NCBI GenBank assembly: GCA_000934665.2
Contig: KZ538181.1
Location: forward strand, 1 to 64,000
Direction: 5' to 3'
Origin: Catajapyx aquilonaris
Lineage: Eukaryota
DNA: 64,000 nt
In this document: in pieces, positions 9,169 through 21,708 of the stretch
Numbering within the stretch: position 1 is the stretch's first letter
Layout of the letters: every line of letters starts with the position of its first letter
Notes under the pieces: generated by a model
What the model was told of the DNA's origin: nothing
Databases searched by the model: none
Seen by the model: the letters and a program-made list of their open reading frames with translations, nothing else
Made by a program: the position numbers and the translations under genes

Positions 9169-10007
9169 TTAAAGAAAATAGCATTTATTATAGATCGGGC
9201 TGCCTCTAAGGAGTGTTAATGTTCGTAGCATTAAAATGTGGACCACTTTTAACTGAAGTAATGCAGATAATATGTATTTGTGTATTTGCCCGGAAAAGAA
9301 GACCTTATCAGCTCCAGCACAGAAATATGTAAGAATAACCGTACTTGTCGATTCCAAACTGCACATATAAGTGGAAACCGAATCAACTTCATACTAAACC
9401 TATTCCACATTCTGCGGAAATCAAATCCGAATCAAGTGCAAGAGAGTGTCCTACGAACGATTGCTACTTTATACCAGACGTGTTCGACAAACATCGTATA
9501 ACGTGGATGTAGATGTGAAATCGACAGATGCAACATCCAGCAAAATGTTACTAATACACAGTAGTAGAAATCCCTTCTATATTTCCCTAGAGCTCAGTGC
9601 AACAAGTGCACAAGTACCATGTTCCTTACTGGAGTTAGCTGGGTATTGATCTACATGGCTGAATGAAACTTTTTGGACAAATGCCCTTTTTGAAAAGAGG
9701 TCTTCAACTGGTCTGGTTATTGTTGTGGCCACCCACGCATCCATTCTGTTTCGGAGAGTATCTCTCGAAGTAGGCCTACAGTACAGTACATCCATCCACC
9801 CACGCGCCGATCCACAGAGTCGTAGGTGCTGTAGGTAGGCGGGCTGCTGTGGGCGCGCAAGTCTAATCTCGCACGCCGGCCTTTCCCCCATCCACGTGAC
9901 GATACCCGCATCTCGCTGCAGTCTGCCGGCAGCCCTCCAGCTGACCACTCCTCTCTCTCTCTACTCACTCTCATTGTTGTGGCTGTACACCTGACAGTGT
10001 GTCGACA

Positions 10008-10350
10008 ATGCGTCTAGCTATTTTCCTCGTGCTTCTGGCCGGACTGAGCCAGGCCGATGCCCTTAGGTGCGTTTGCGAGGTCACCGAGTGCGAGGAGGTG
10101 CGTGAGGAAGAGTGTCCATCTGGGACTGTCCTGGACGCGTGCCAGTGTTGCAGGGTGTGCGCCAGAGTGGAGAATGAGGCTTGCGGAGGACTGTTTGGCT
10201 TTGCGGGGACATGTGCCCCTGGACTTGAGTGCGTGGTGGCTGCTCCACCAGAACAGCAGCAACTGGAACCTGAAGATGACCGACATGACGAACTTACCAC
10301 TGGCGATGATCTACTGGTCGGCGACCCTGCGGCCGAAGGACGGTGCCAGA
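10008..10350 (+). CDS. CRIM1: First coding exon of a secreted/membrane protein with signal peptide and N-terminal IGFBP-like domain; most similar to CRIM1 (cysteine-rich motor neuron 1 / crimpy-like)
   Basis: ATG at 10008 (ACAATG). Translation MRLAIFLVLLAGLSQADA|LRCVCEVTECEEVREEECPSGTVLDACQCCRVCARVENEACGGLFGFAGTCAPGLEC...EGRCQ gives a hydrophobic signal peptide, 12 Cys, the CxCCxxC IGFBP motif and a CGGxxGxxGxCxxGLxC motif. The exon ends right after the 12th Cys at CAGA|GTGAGT (343 nt, phase 1). The domain call is strong. CRIM1 identity is from remembered family pattern; IGFBP7-like or single-IGFBP-domain proteins are alternatives. Confidence 0.8.
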
Positions 10351-11370
10351 GTGAGTACCTACCTTGCAGATTTGGCCCATGTGTTGAAATTGCGATTGTG
10401 GACATGTCGTAATTGTCGCTGTAACAATTCAGTAAGATCTGGAAGTCCACGCAAACAGGATTTCAGGGAATTTATTATGGATGCAGATATGAAATCCGGG
10501 TTTTAATGGAGACAAATTCTGGTAAACCGGCGGTATATTTAAAAAAATGTTTCCAGGCCCCCGGTTTTCTGGAAACCTACAGCGATTCAGGAGTTGGCAT
10601 TCCCATGACAAAAAAGAATGTGTAATGCATTGGCATTCTTGGCACAGCTAGGGACTAGGGTAATTAGCGCGTGAGCTATTTTAATTCAGACTGTTTAATT
10701 GCGAATAGTCTGAATATTTTGGCGGTCCAGCTAATGAATGCAGGAAAGCTTTACCATCAGCCTGGCCACACCCCACCTTGATTTTTATTCACGGCTACAT
10801 TTTCTCACAATAACTTCTACCAGGAAGAGGATGGGGCAAGAGAGGAAAAAAGAGGCCGAGCAATTTTGGGCAAATTCTCCTAGGAAGGTGATGGGAACCG
10901 CGGGGACAATCAAGTCTTTCTTTACCTCGTTACCTGACGGCCCAGGATGTAGAGGTAAAACCCATTCGACGTCCAAAGTGTCCTTATGCAAGCTTTATGG
11001 AGATTTTACACCGTTAGCCCACTAACCAATAGGGATCGTGTTATAAGGGACGATGGGGGGTGAGGAGGAGTGCAAAGATGTGCTGGAGGGAGATGGTCAT
11101 CAATGAAGTTGCTGGATGCATTGCCAAATGGGCCGTGTTTCGTGTCCTGAAGACATCGATTGCTATTTTTCCTTGAGAGGAACCGTCAAATGCCTGACGC
11201 AGTGTTAGTTCATTGGTGGAGAAGGATGAAGGCCAACTGGTGTGGGATTTGAGTTCATTACATTTGTGATGCATTAGTTTTATCGGGTTTTGTTGTTATT
11301 TTGGGACGCGTTTTCCATATATGACTCGGCTCCATACAGATGCTGCGTTGCAGAGTATATAGTACAGTAG

Positions 11371-11731
11371 CAGCGCCGGATTTCCCATTAGGCACAGTAG
11401 GCACTGGCCTAGGGGCGGCCGCGAGTTGCAATAAATAATATTTCTCAAATACAATCATAGGAAATGAAGGAGAGATCACAAAGAAAATCAAAATTTTAAG
11501 AGCTTGATTTATCACTAGAGACAGAAAAGGTCATTGTCGAAGGGCGGCCATTACTTTCAATATAATATTTAAAAAATCGAATCAAATAAAATTAAGGAGA
11601 GAACACAATATAAAATGTGAACTTTTAAGCGTCAGGCCGGGGGGGGGGGGGGNGGGGAAGGCGCGGCCGTATTTCAAGTGCCTATGGGCGGCCGGGGGAG
11701 TGGGTGGGGTGGGGGGTTAAATCCTGGGCTG
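11371..11731. mobile_element. hAT-type MITE with 8-bp TSD
   Basis: TACAGTAG|CAGCGCCGGATTT ... AAATCCTGGGCTG|TACAGTAG; internal repeated TAGGCAC/GTGCCTA and GGGCGGCC motifs. Confidence 0.8.
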
Positions 11732-14180
11732 TACAGTAGCCTAATGTTGTACAGTATACATTTTATGAATTCATGATTAATTTTTGCAATCATAGTTTTG
11801 AGGATTGTTATACCTCATAGTATGCTGAAAACCACTCCCTCCATATGATACTGTATAGGCTAGTTTTTGTAGGCCTACATGAACCTGTTTACAATATTCG
11901 AAGTGAAAACTTTCGCGATGCCTAAATTGATAATTATTGAGTTAATTAATGTATATAAGCGTGAAACTTCTACAAATTATTGCAGTTGGTTTGTTAGGCT
12001 GATATCTTTCCGCATTACTGTAAAAAATGTCCTTGACGTACGGAACTCGAGGAAAGTACTGTATACTGTGACGCACCTGGTACACTATAGAACTACTAGA
12101 CGGATTTGTATACACTATATTTTCGTATATTGGAATCATTGCACTTCTGGGTCATAGAGGTCGCGTAGTTGGAAATGTGGCAAAAAAAAATCATTCTAAG
12201 TGGGCGTGAATTTTACGAAGCAGGGAAGATTTTTGATTTGCATACCAAATTGACAAACCAAATTGAATATGAATACGCAGCGAACCTCATTGGTGAATAA
12301 ATCAATGAGTAAGTCTTCAAATGAACGGCGAACTGCTGTTGATATAAGGTGGGTTTACACTTCAAGTGAAAGTTTACTTTAGAACACTTTTAGGGGTTAT
12401 CAAAATATTAGCCCAGATGCTAATATTAGGTTGAGTGATATCGTCCTTTAGGGCTCAAATTACAATAAATGTTCACAATTAAGATATTCCGAATGATTCC
12501 AGGGTTAAATTCGTTGTCGTATTGCTGTAGTTAAAAATAATGTAGTCATTAAATAAAGCACTGCTTAGTAATAAGCAACTTAGCGCCAAAATCTTAATCA
12601 CTTTGGGCACTTCTAATAGAACACTACAGTATAGTACCACTACTAGTGCCAGTATATATCGCTCAAAAAGATGGCGATGAATTTGCATTGAAACCTAAGG
12701 CAAAATTGTCTCTTTTTGAGCTATATAAAATTGTGTCTGTATTAGGTAGCAATTTTTCATCCCTAAGCGGCTTATTATTAAGGAGTTGCTTTTTCACAAT
12801 GTTACATTTACAGGTATTATCGAAAGTATTTGCTGTCATTCTTCGGTTGAATGGAAGCATCCTTTCAGGATGCGAATTTTGCGGCAGATATTTCGGTTGC
12901 AAAATATTTTTTTGACTGTCTAATGCTGTCATTTATAAGGGTTTTGGACTTTTATAATAAGTGATATGAAAAGCATCGTACTTACGCATACGGTATAAAG
13001 AGAGGTTGTACAAGCGGAATTTTTGGACGCCAAGTTTTGTCAATTGGACAACTCAGGCGTGAAGAGTGCTATATATTTAAAAAAAAAAACCTTACTCGAA
13101 AATAACTAAACAAGCATGATTTTGTAAGCAGTGCTTTTGCTTGATGGACCACCCTGCATTTCTCAGCTACACACATTTCTCGGTCGCAGTGCAGAAAATT
13201 GCTGACCAAGATTGATATTGCCGAATTATGAACACCTGTCTCCTGCAATTGTTCTGCACCACCCATTTAAACATTGTATAGGCCTATATACATGTGTATA
13301 GGTATAGGCAACTGTACCTCAACACACAATTATCCTGCAGCCAGCACAGTTATGTTTTTCCTAATGGTGTACTGTATTGTGTCAATTATGTGATACTATA
13401 AAACCGATTTAATTTGCAATAGAGAATGCGTGTAATATTTATGACGTCACGGTAATTAGATCAAACCACTGTGGTTGATTTAGAATGACATCAGTCACCT
13501 GCTAACTAGAGCTCCATATTATTTAAAAAATATTTGCACGGGTATGTCATGTAAACGATGCAATGATCGAATTCCAAATACCCGGTCATGAGAGTTGGAA
13601 TCAGGTAGAGAATGGGGGTATCCGGCTGTATCCAGTTAGAATCAATATCATTATGCTATAATCTATAGTTAGCTATAGTTAAATTCAAATTAATCTGCCT
13701 TTCACAATCCCACTGGAATCATTCTAACTTTTCTATTAACTAGGCCTACCGTATATAGGCAGATGTGTATCAAGATTAAATTACTACTCATTCCACCCTA
13801 GTTAGCGGAAATATTTTATTGTTAGTGTAATATTTCCTTATGGTTATGATTTATACGGACAAGATTTTGGAGAAAACTTCTACTCCCATTTTATTCTGAA
13901 TGGTGTCCAACTTTACCCCCTGCAACACAACAATAATTATAATTGAATAATTTATTAGTCATGCGAAATTTTGGACTTACGACCGGAAAACTACTATAGT
14001 ACATTTCGGTTTCAAAAAAAGATGACATACAATGGGAAGGGACTCGATGCGAATAGGAGGCAGTTTAAAATGGGAGNATTTAGACTTAGGCGCAAGTGTG
14101 ACACACGATCCATAGCGGAGGGGATTTTAAAAATCTAGATCCGTGTGACGTTATTGATGTGTAAATAATATACAGCATAC

Positions 14181-14343
14181 AGTTCGTTAAACGAAAGAAC
14201 GATCTGACGTCACGTTCAGCCACGCCTTCACCCCCGGCTCTTCCCTCCAATCATGTCCCCGAATTGCTCTGCAAGCATACTACTGCGCATGCATAGAAAA
14301 CACGGCTGGTGTGACGTCAGATCGTTCTCTCGTTTAACGGACT
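14181..14343. mobile_element. MITE with ~33-40-bp TIRs
   Basis: AGTTCGTTAAACGAAAGAACGATCTGACGTCAC ... GTGACGTCAGATCGTTCTCTCGTTTAACGGACT; TSD not clean. Confidence 0.8.
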
Positions 14344-14992
14344 TTAGTAGGCTCTATACAGCTGGATAAATGATAATGTTAAAATTTTGCCTCAGAATAC
14401 AATAACTACATGCACCGTGGAAAAAATAATGCAAATGGTTCTCGTGTTATTTTGAAGCTACGTTAGAGCTTATTAAAGTATACTGTATCCTGTATTTTCC
14501 CCCCGCCTTTGACAGCCGCAGTAACGTATGATCCTCACAATCATCAGAGCCCTTTGATAAACTAATCCTCATCCTACTAAAACCGTATTAAATGTACAGG
14601 CTACAAATGAAACTGACAATACGTTAACACTGTTTTATCGTGATAATTATGGACATCACGTATAAAAACATACATGTACTAGTCTACACTTGACCAGTAC
14701 ACTGCATTTTTTGTTGAATTTTATAACAAACAAGAGTGTAAAGTGATAACCGGGCATACCTGCTCGGAAGCAGTGTACATATGCACATGTCCTGTAAATG
14801 TTGGGACTGAGGTGAAATAGTTTTTATGATGTTGTACTCATGTAGTAGCCTACATAGTGTAGTACAGAACTATTCCCGTAATAAATGTCACATGCGAATT
14901 CATCATGCAAATCTATATACAGGGTGTTTTATAGTACTCGTACTTCAGACAAATTTCTAGTGGGAAACTATTACACCATCAAACCACTTTAT

Positions 14993-15110
14993 CCTCCTGA
15001 GACCCCTAGTACACCTTTCAATCACCTTTGTTTTTTTTACGCGTTTGAGTTAGTCAGAAGGTGCTGGAAAAAACAAAGGTACAGTATACTGTACCAGGGG
15101 TCTCAGGAGG
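14993..15110. mobile_element. piggyBac-like mini-MITE with TTAT TSD
   Basis: TTAT|CCTCCTGAGACCCCTAGTACA ... TGTACCAGGGGTCTCAGGAGG|TTAT. Confidence 0.75.
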
Positions 15111-18100
15111 TTATTACCAAGTAATTCAAACACAAGTTTAAAAAAATATTCTGGCATGTATGCATTCTTCCAGATAACCTCGCATTTTTCATTTAAAAAT
15201 GTGTGACCATGTAATTTTAATTTAACCTGCAATCGCATTAGGTGTATCAGGCAGTCGCCTGCGGTGTCGGGGATGAAAGTGTTGCAGGATGTATCCATGG
15301 CATAGATAGTAAAATGCACCGTGCTAATTATCTCAGTAATGGGACTACCGAATCCCAATGACACCTCATAAAGTGATCACCTGGTGTCCATGAGGTAAAA
15401 CACTAAACATCATGTATATAACTGTGCATGAAAAACAAGCAATATTTCAACTTGCTGAAAATCAGAGACACCATATGCATATCACAATATTTTTCATTCA
15501 TGGGTAAGCCTGGTGGTCACGCAGCTTTATTTGTTATCTGTGGATAACACGATGCAAAAGGATAGGCCAGGAAGTCACCAGAGTTCTCTTGAATGCGCCT
15601 CTGCTAATGAATACTTCGCAACTGCGCATGTTGTATAAAACTGCCGTGTTTTTGGATGCGGAGGCACCAGTTTGGATAATAGACCATGGCAAAAAAAAAG
15701 CGACATTTGAATTAACTGGCTGACGCATCTTTGTGACATTATGTCACGGTGATTCCTACACCCAACCTTTAACATAAAATGTGCGTCTTAACATGCGGAA
15801 CTAATTTCGGCATCAAGTCAATGACTCCCACCTTTTCATATTGCTACCCATACCCTTTTCATGAGCTACACCAACTTCTCTCAAACCCCCCCCCCCCCCC
15901 CCNCTCCTTCCCGCTGCTCCCAGAAACAAGTTTGGAGAATATTGGTATTTTGAACCAAAGCTGCCACAAACTGCATGCACTGTTTGGAGCATGTTTTTTG
16001 TTGTTGTTGTTTTTCAAGCGAGCATGTTGCGGATGAAAGTAGGGTTGTAAAATCTGGAGAGGGGCGTATTCGACCACAGGTATAACACCCCCCTATATCC
16101 CGACTGGTGTTTCCTATATTTAACACCGTCGTGACTCTTTTTATCGGCCAGCACTTGGAGAGGTTTAGATGGGATCATTATGATGGTTATCATGATGAGA
16201 TTTTTTTTTAAATAAAATTTTTAAAATAATGGTTGCGGTGTACTTGCAGGTTGATTAGCGCTGGATGGGGGGTTGTGGATAATCAGATTAAATAATCAAA
16301 TGTACATTTTGGGTGGGTATTTATACCCTGACATCCCTCGAATTCGACGCAAATGCGAGCCAGCTCTAATTACTGATTAAATTTGATGAAATCGTAAATT
16401 TCACCTCTTTTGTTATTTGGGAAAGCTTCTCATTTCCTTCTCTCTCTTTTTTAAAATATAAATTCACGCCTTCCACGACTGATTTCCTTACGACGTACCC
16501 CCTGCTCGGATGACAAAACTTCGCAAACTTCACATTTGGTGCTTAATTTCCGAACAATTTCCCCCTCCTTTCCTCATTCCGGCCGCTAATAAAGAACAAA
16601 AGGATCCGTCACTAGGATTTCTTTTGCAATGGGAGCTGAGGTGAACGAATGAAGTGCCCCGTTCAAACTTTTTTTTTTTTTTTTGGCCCACCCGATCCTT
16701 CATCAGACTTTTGCTCCAGAGCGTGTTTTCGTTTCGTCGTTGGGACCGGGGAGATGGAGAGAGGGAAGGGGGTTGGAGGGGAGAGGTCACGACCTTGCAG
16801 CACCTGATTCCGTTTGTGGATTTGTGCATTATTTTGAGAAAATGTAATGAGTGCCGGTTTTCTTGGTTGTAAGGCCATAATGATTGTAATTATTGTAGTT
16901 TTTTTTTTCACTGTCTGCTATTGAACTGAAACATTTCCAGTCCTACATGAGCTGTGCTGCAAAAAATAGACGCTGTGCTGCAGAAACCGCTACGGGAAAT
17001 GACAATAAAACCATGATTGGGTATTCCTACAATGACGTGGGAAGTCAGGCATAAACGGATTTTAGCATGCTAATTAATTTTAATCGACGAACATCGCGCC
17101 CGGGAGAAAATGAATCGATTAATATTATGGGATGATACTGTTAAAAAATCTCTGAACCAATACTGAGTGAACAAATGAGACTGCTTTTTTAAAATTTTTA
17201 ATGGCGCAAATGAATGATTTGTTGTATATTTTGTGACATTGCCAGGTTATAGTCTAGGATTCCAGGCTACATTTTATGTTGCGGAAAATATTTGCAGGAA
17301 TTTAATTTGATGTAATGTTAGCAGTACTGCTCATAAAGAATGGTACGACTCTATGGACAAAATGTTTATTCTGTTCCCAATCCCTGGGTCACTAGCATGT
17401 TTTTAGGGGTCATGAGGAAGGCTGGGAAAAGGCAATTAGAATAAAATAAAACAGTGAAGAAAAAAACAAGGCAGAGTAAGAAAATTTAAGGGGGGAAATT
17501 CATCTCAAATCTATGTAAGCATTGTACCAGGTTGAACATTTTGATAATAAAAAATTTCGAAAAAAGTCGGGAGGGGGTCATATGGGTCGCCTGAGATCTG
17601 GCACAAGTTGTCCATAGTGTCGCGACGAAATCAGGTTGGGAATAATGCTGGATAGTCAGAATAAACACGTCGTCCATAGAGTAGTACCATTTCCTATGAG
17701 CGGGACTGTAAATGCTTAATTAGCAGACCGAAGCGGATATTATATAGGACACATGAAAGTGCATGTGATTTATGAAAATTATTGCGAGGGCCACAATGAA
17801 ATAGGCTAATGCGACAAAGGGACTTGGACGCGAAATTTTACATTTGCAGAGTGCAGACTATTAAAAAAATTGTAGCCTTTGCGTCAAATGCTGGTAACTC
17901 ATTTGCGCTTGGAAACAGTCTCCCTTTGGCCCAGTTTTAAAATTCGTAGAGAACCACTAATTTACCACCTGGTAAAAATGGTGTTTATGACACTTGAGGT
18001 TCCAACTGTATAGAGCTGACCGGCACTGGCACCTTATGCATTACGCCCTTGCCGTCTAGCGAGGCGGGAGTTCGATAGAGTCTGTATAGGGAAGCTTAAC

Positions 18101-19730
18101 ATACCGTACGCATAGAAAACAAATGGAAAGGAAGTTTACACATACGACCGGTTTTAGACGGGTCACGCGGACTCCTCCTCCAAAAACTCTACGAAACCTC
18201 CCTATGAGTTTCTCACTCACAACTTCATAATCTGACTTTGAGTAGGCTACACGAACAACATGCACACACACAAGCGATAAGTATGCCCCAAACATGATAT
18301 TATCGATGCATCGCCGTTTTCATATACCGTATGCAGCATCTGCTGGTCCGTTCGAAATAACTGGTTGCAAAAAAGCGAGACTCACATACCATGCAAAACT
18401 GGATGAGCGATTTAATACAACTTAAAAGATTAAAACCTATAGAGTAATAACGTTGGAATTAATTATGATGGGGGGGGGGGGGGAGNGGGGAGAGGCAGCG
18501 GTGTAATAAATTTGAAATTATGCTTTGCATTGTCGAGGCTTTACTACGAGGCCTATACTACACCATTCATTAGAGTAATACCTGCAGATCCGTGTGTGTA
18601 TATACTTATGAGCCGCGGCGCTGTTATTGCGTTAATTAAATCGCCTTCAGGATTTGTGCAGCAAATAATCCGGGGCTTCGTTTTACATCCCTCCCTACAA
18701 CCACTTCCAATATAGGAGGTTCAATCCGTGTGCTTTGGGAGAGAAAAAAAAGAACAAAGCACTCAAATGGGATGTGTAGGTTTTACAAAGCAAATTGATG
18801 CTTTTTGAGAGGTTGCCAAAGAATAATATGCGGAATTGAGGCACGTAACGGGCCTATTGGCTTTTATGTTGGTATAACAAAGAGGAGTTCTCCAAGGCGT
18901 GAATGTACAAAAGCCCCTACTCAATGAGGTCGTCCGTATCGGAGAGCCAGAAATTGCGTACGATATTGGGCTAAAGCGACTATATGCGCATGTGCCAGAA
19001 TAACTCTGGTGCCAAACAAATGAACTTTTGTTTTGTTACCCTCTGTAGCTCCGGCAGCTGCAAGCAATTTAGAGCGTCGAAAAGAAGCCCCCCCCCNCCC
19101 CGAATCCGGTAACTGAGGCAGAAAATGTCCTGAAGAAGCCTGAACTATATCATGTATGCAGTGTACCGTAGCTAAACCCTTTTTGATCGTCGAGGAAATG
19201 AAGGTCCTTCGCCGAGCGCAGTCCAGTGTCTCAGGGTGGCCCAGGTTGGAAAGCAAGTCACGTGGCCACCTTGGAAAATGACAGTGTGAGTGGGAGTACA
19301 ACAGAGAGGTTAATCCGGTGGGATTTCCGGATATCAATTACTGATATCGCGAAGTGGGAGGCCCCTTTCCTACCCCCGGTGGCTTCCAACACTCTTCCTA
19401 GCTAGGAAGTGGGATAAGGCATCAAATCCCAGATCACGTCTGAACAGACCTTGGGCTCATTGGCCCCCTTCCTCACCCGCGGTGTTTATGACGTGCTTGT
19501 ACTGCCATCACTTACCTCCACGATTTTCGGTGGGAAAAAGACGGCTCAGATGGACTGGAGGGGATTTGGAGTGAAGCTGAGCCGCAATGAATTTTCTGGG
19601 AGACTGTTCAGTCTTAATAACACTCGTCATTCGCAACTTATGAATAGGCATACTGACATATAAGCTTAACTTGCAGGTCCAGTAGTTGGTATTCCTGCGA
19701 GTACAGTTTCATAATACCGTTTATGCAGTA

Positions 19731-19892
19731 CAGTACTGGCCAATAATCGAGGCAACGACTAGCGATATTTTCCCGAAGCGGCAGAAGAAGGAATCGAAGA
19801 TAAGCATGCTACAAGCCGGGCGAGCAAGATTCCTTCTTCTGCCGCTTCGAGAAAATGTCGCTAGTCGTTGCCTCGATTATTGGCCAGTACTG
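19731..19892. mobile_element. Tc1/mariner-type MITE, TA TSD, 65-bp TIRs
   Basis: TA|CAGTACTGGCCAATAATCGAGGCAACGACTAGCGA...GAAGGAATC, a 32-nt spacer, then a near-perfect reverse complement ending CCAGTACTG|TA. Confidence 0.9.
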
Positions 19893-21628
19893 TACAATTA
19901 TGATAGCTGCATTATGGCCCCATTGGACCATACGTATACTGTAATAATTCAGACAAGCTCTCTGAAATATTCAGCCTGGTTCACATGCTTTGTTTGTTAC
20001 TATTTTGTTTTCTTCTGTGACGCAGCATTTGTAGCAATTCTACACATGCAGATTATTTTCCGGTGACTGTAATAGGAGATGGGGGTGTCATATACTGTAT
20101 AGCTCATGTTCCGTTTACTCGTAGGACGGAGGGTGCGTACAGGCTTACTTCTGAGGCCTGTTCCACAAAATAATACGGCTGTACTATACCTGATTAGCAT
20201 ATTGAAAAAATATAGTCTACATATAGAAGGGCGTTTGACGATTTGTGCATAAATGCATGAGTAGCATCAAGTTCATTATTGGTGAGGTGGTGTAGTTAAA
20301 ACGGTATGGCCTATGTAAACCACTCGTCTCAGTGACCTTTGCACAATGCTCCATTATAATTTTCAAAATAATAGCGTCATTTGCTTGCACAATTGAATTG
20401 CGCACCTGCATGTACTGTACAGCGCGGTACTGTGTACAGGATCCTGACAGGATCTTTTTTCCTTCCCGCGTCAGTGTTGCAATGTTTAACGTACCGTAAT
20501 GTCCTTGTATCTAGTGCTCTGTCTGTTAGTTTCATCGTTAATGTTTAACACTATATGCCGTATAAACTTGATTAAAAAGGACTAATGTTGGATTGAAATA
20601 TTGGAGCTAATGATGTTTAGCAAAATGGACGTTACGTTGAGTGTTAATGTTTTTACAATTTGCATTAACCAATTTACAAATTAATAAGAATAAATTCGGG
20701 CTAACAGGTTGCTCTGATAATTGCTTCACCAGAAATGAATAATAGAGGATGTCTTTATTAGTTGTTAATATGAAATATTTTAAAATGTTTTCTAAAATCG
20801 TGCATGCTATTTAGTTGAACAGTTTTGTAGGAATGGAAATGTATGTATATACTTTTCCAAGAAATAATGTTTTTAAATATTTTCGCAGAAAATGTACAAG
20901 TACATGGATGCATTATTTACAAAAACATAAACAAGCAGTGCAGTGTACATTACGACTGGGATTATGTACAAAGTTGTATATAGTAGAATAATACATATTC
21001 AACAGCCATTTGTAGTTCTGGAAAAATCACATATGCCGGCTGCACAAACTGCATATTTTCTGATCGCCTGATAAAATCTAGGCTACATGTAAGCTACTAA
21101 ATACAGTAATACCATACTTCAAAAAGTGTGTGAAAAATATTATTCGCAACCAAATTTTCTATGAAAATAAATGCGCTTGCTTTCAATATCATATTGATCT
21201 GCCTCAAAAACCGGTTCATTAAGTTGACTATCCTACCTACAGTACCCACATCATAATGCCTACTAAATTGCGACCCATACTGAATCAGGTGTACTGAAGT
21301 AGACACACAATCGACCACACCAGTTGGGAATGTCGCGCATAATTGAATTTGCGGACTATTTGTAGTCACCAGGATGTTTCAGGCGCAAAAAAACAGCTCT
21401 TCAACCTTGGTAATCGTCACGCAGATAGTAGGTCATCCCTGGACAATAATGAACTGATGGACAGATCAATAACGCAGGTATATATGTTTTATAATTGAAG
21501 GCATGCAGCGTAAGACCAATTTTTCATGTCTTGCAATGGACTGAAGACGACAATGAAGTTCCCAACAGACATTCGCGTGTGTTCTCCAGCCTTCACCACA
21601 CTCTTGAACTTTTTCTTCTTTTTAAGTA

Positions 21629-21708
<80 letters not shown>
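21629..21708. repeat. (ATT)n microsatellite
   Basis: About 80 bp of perfect trinucleotide repeat; source of the poly-N/I/L ORFs in the track. Confidence 0.97.

Noticed and set aside
9971..10506. Overlapping ORFs 9971..10450(-), 10014..10286(-), 10057..10506(+)
   Set aside because: Shadow frames of the GC-rich IGFBP-domain exon.
11639..11657. G/C homopolymer runs containing 'n' (also 15903, 18486, 19097, 24285, 55520, 59326, 63983)
   Set aside because: Ambiguous bases in homopolymers reflect consensus uncertainty, not biology.
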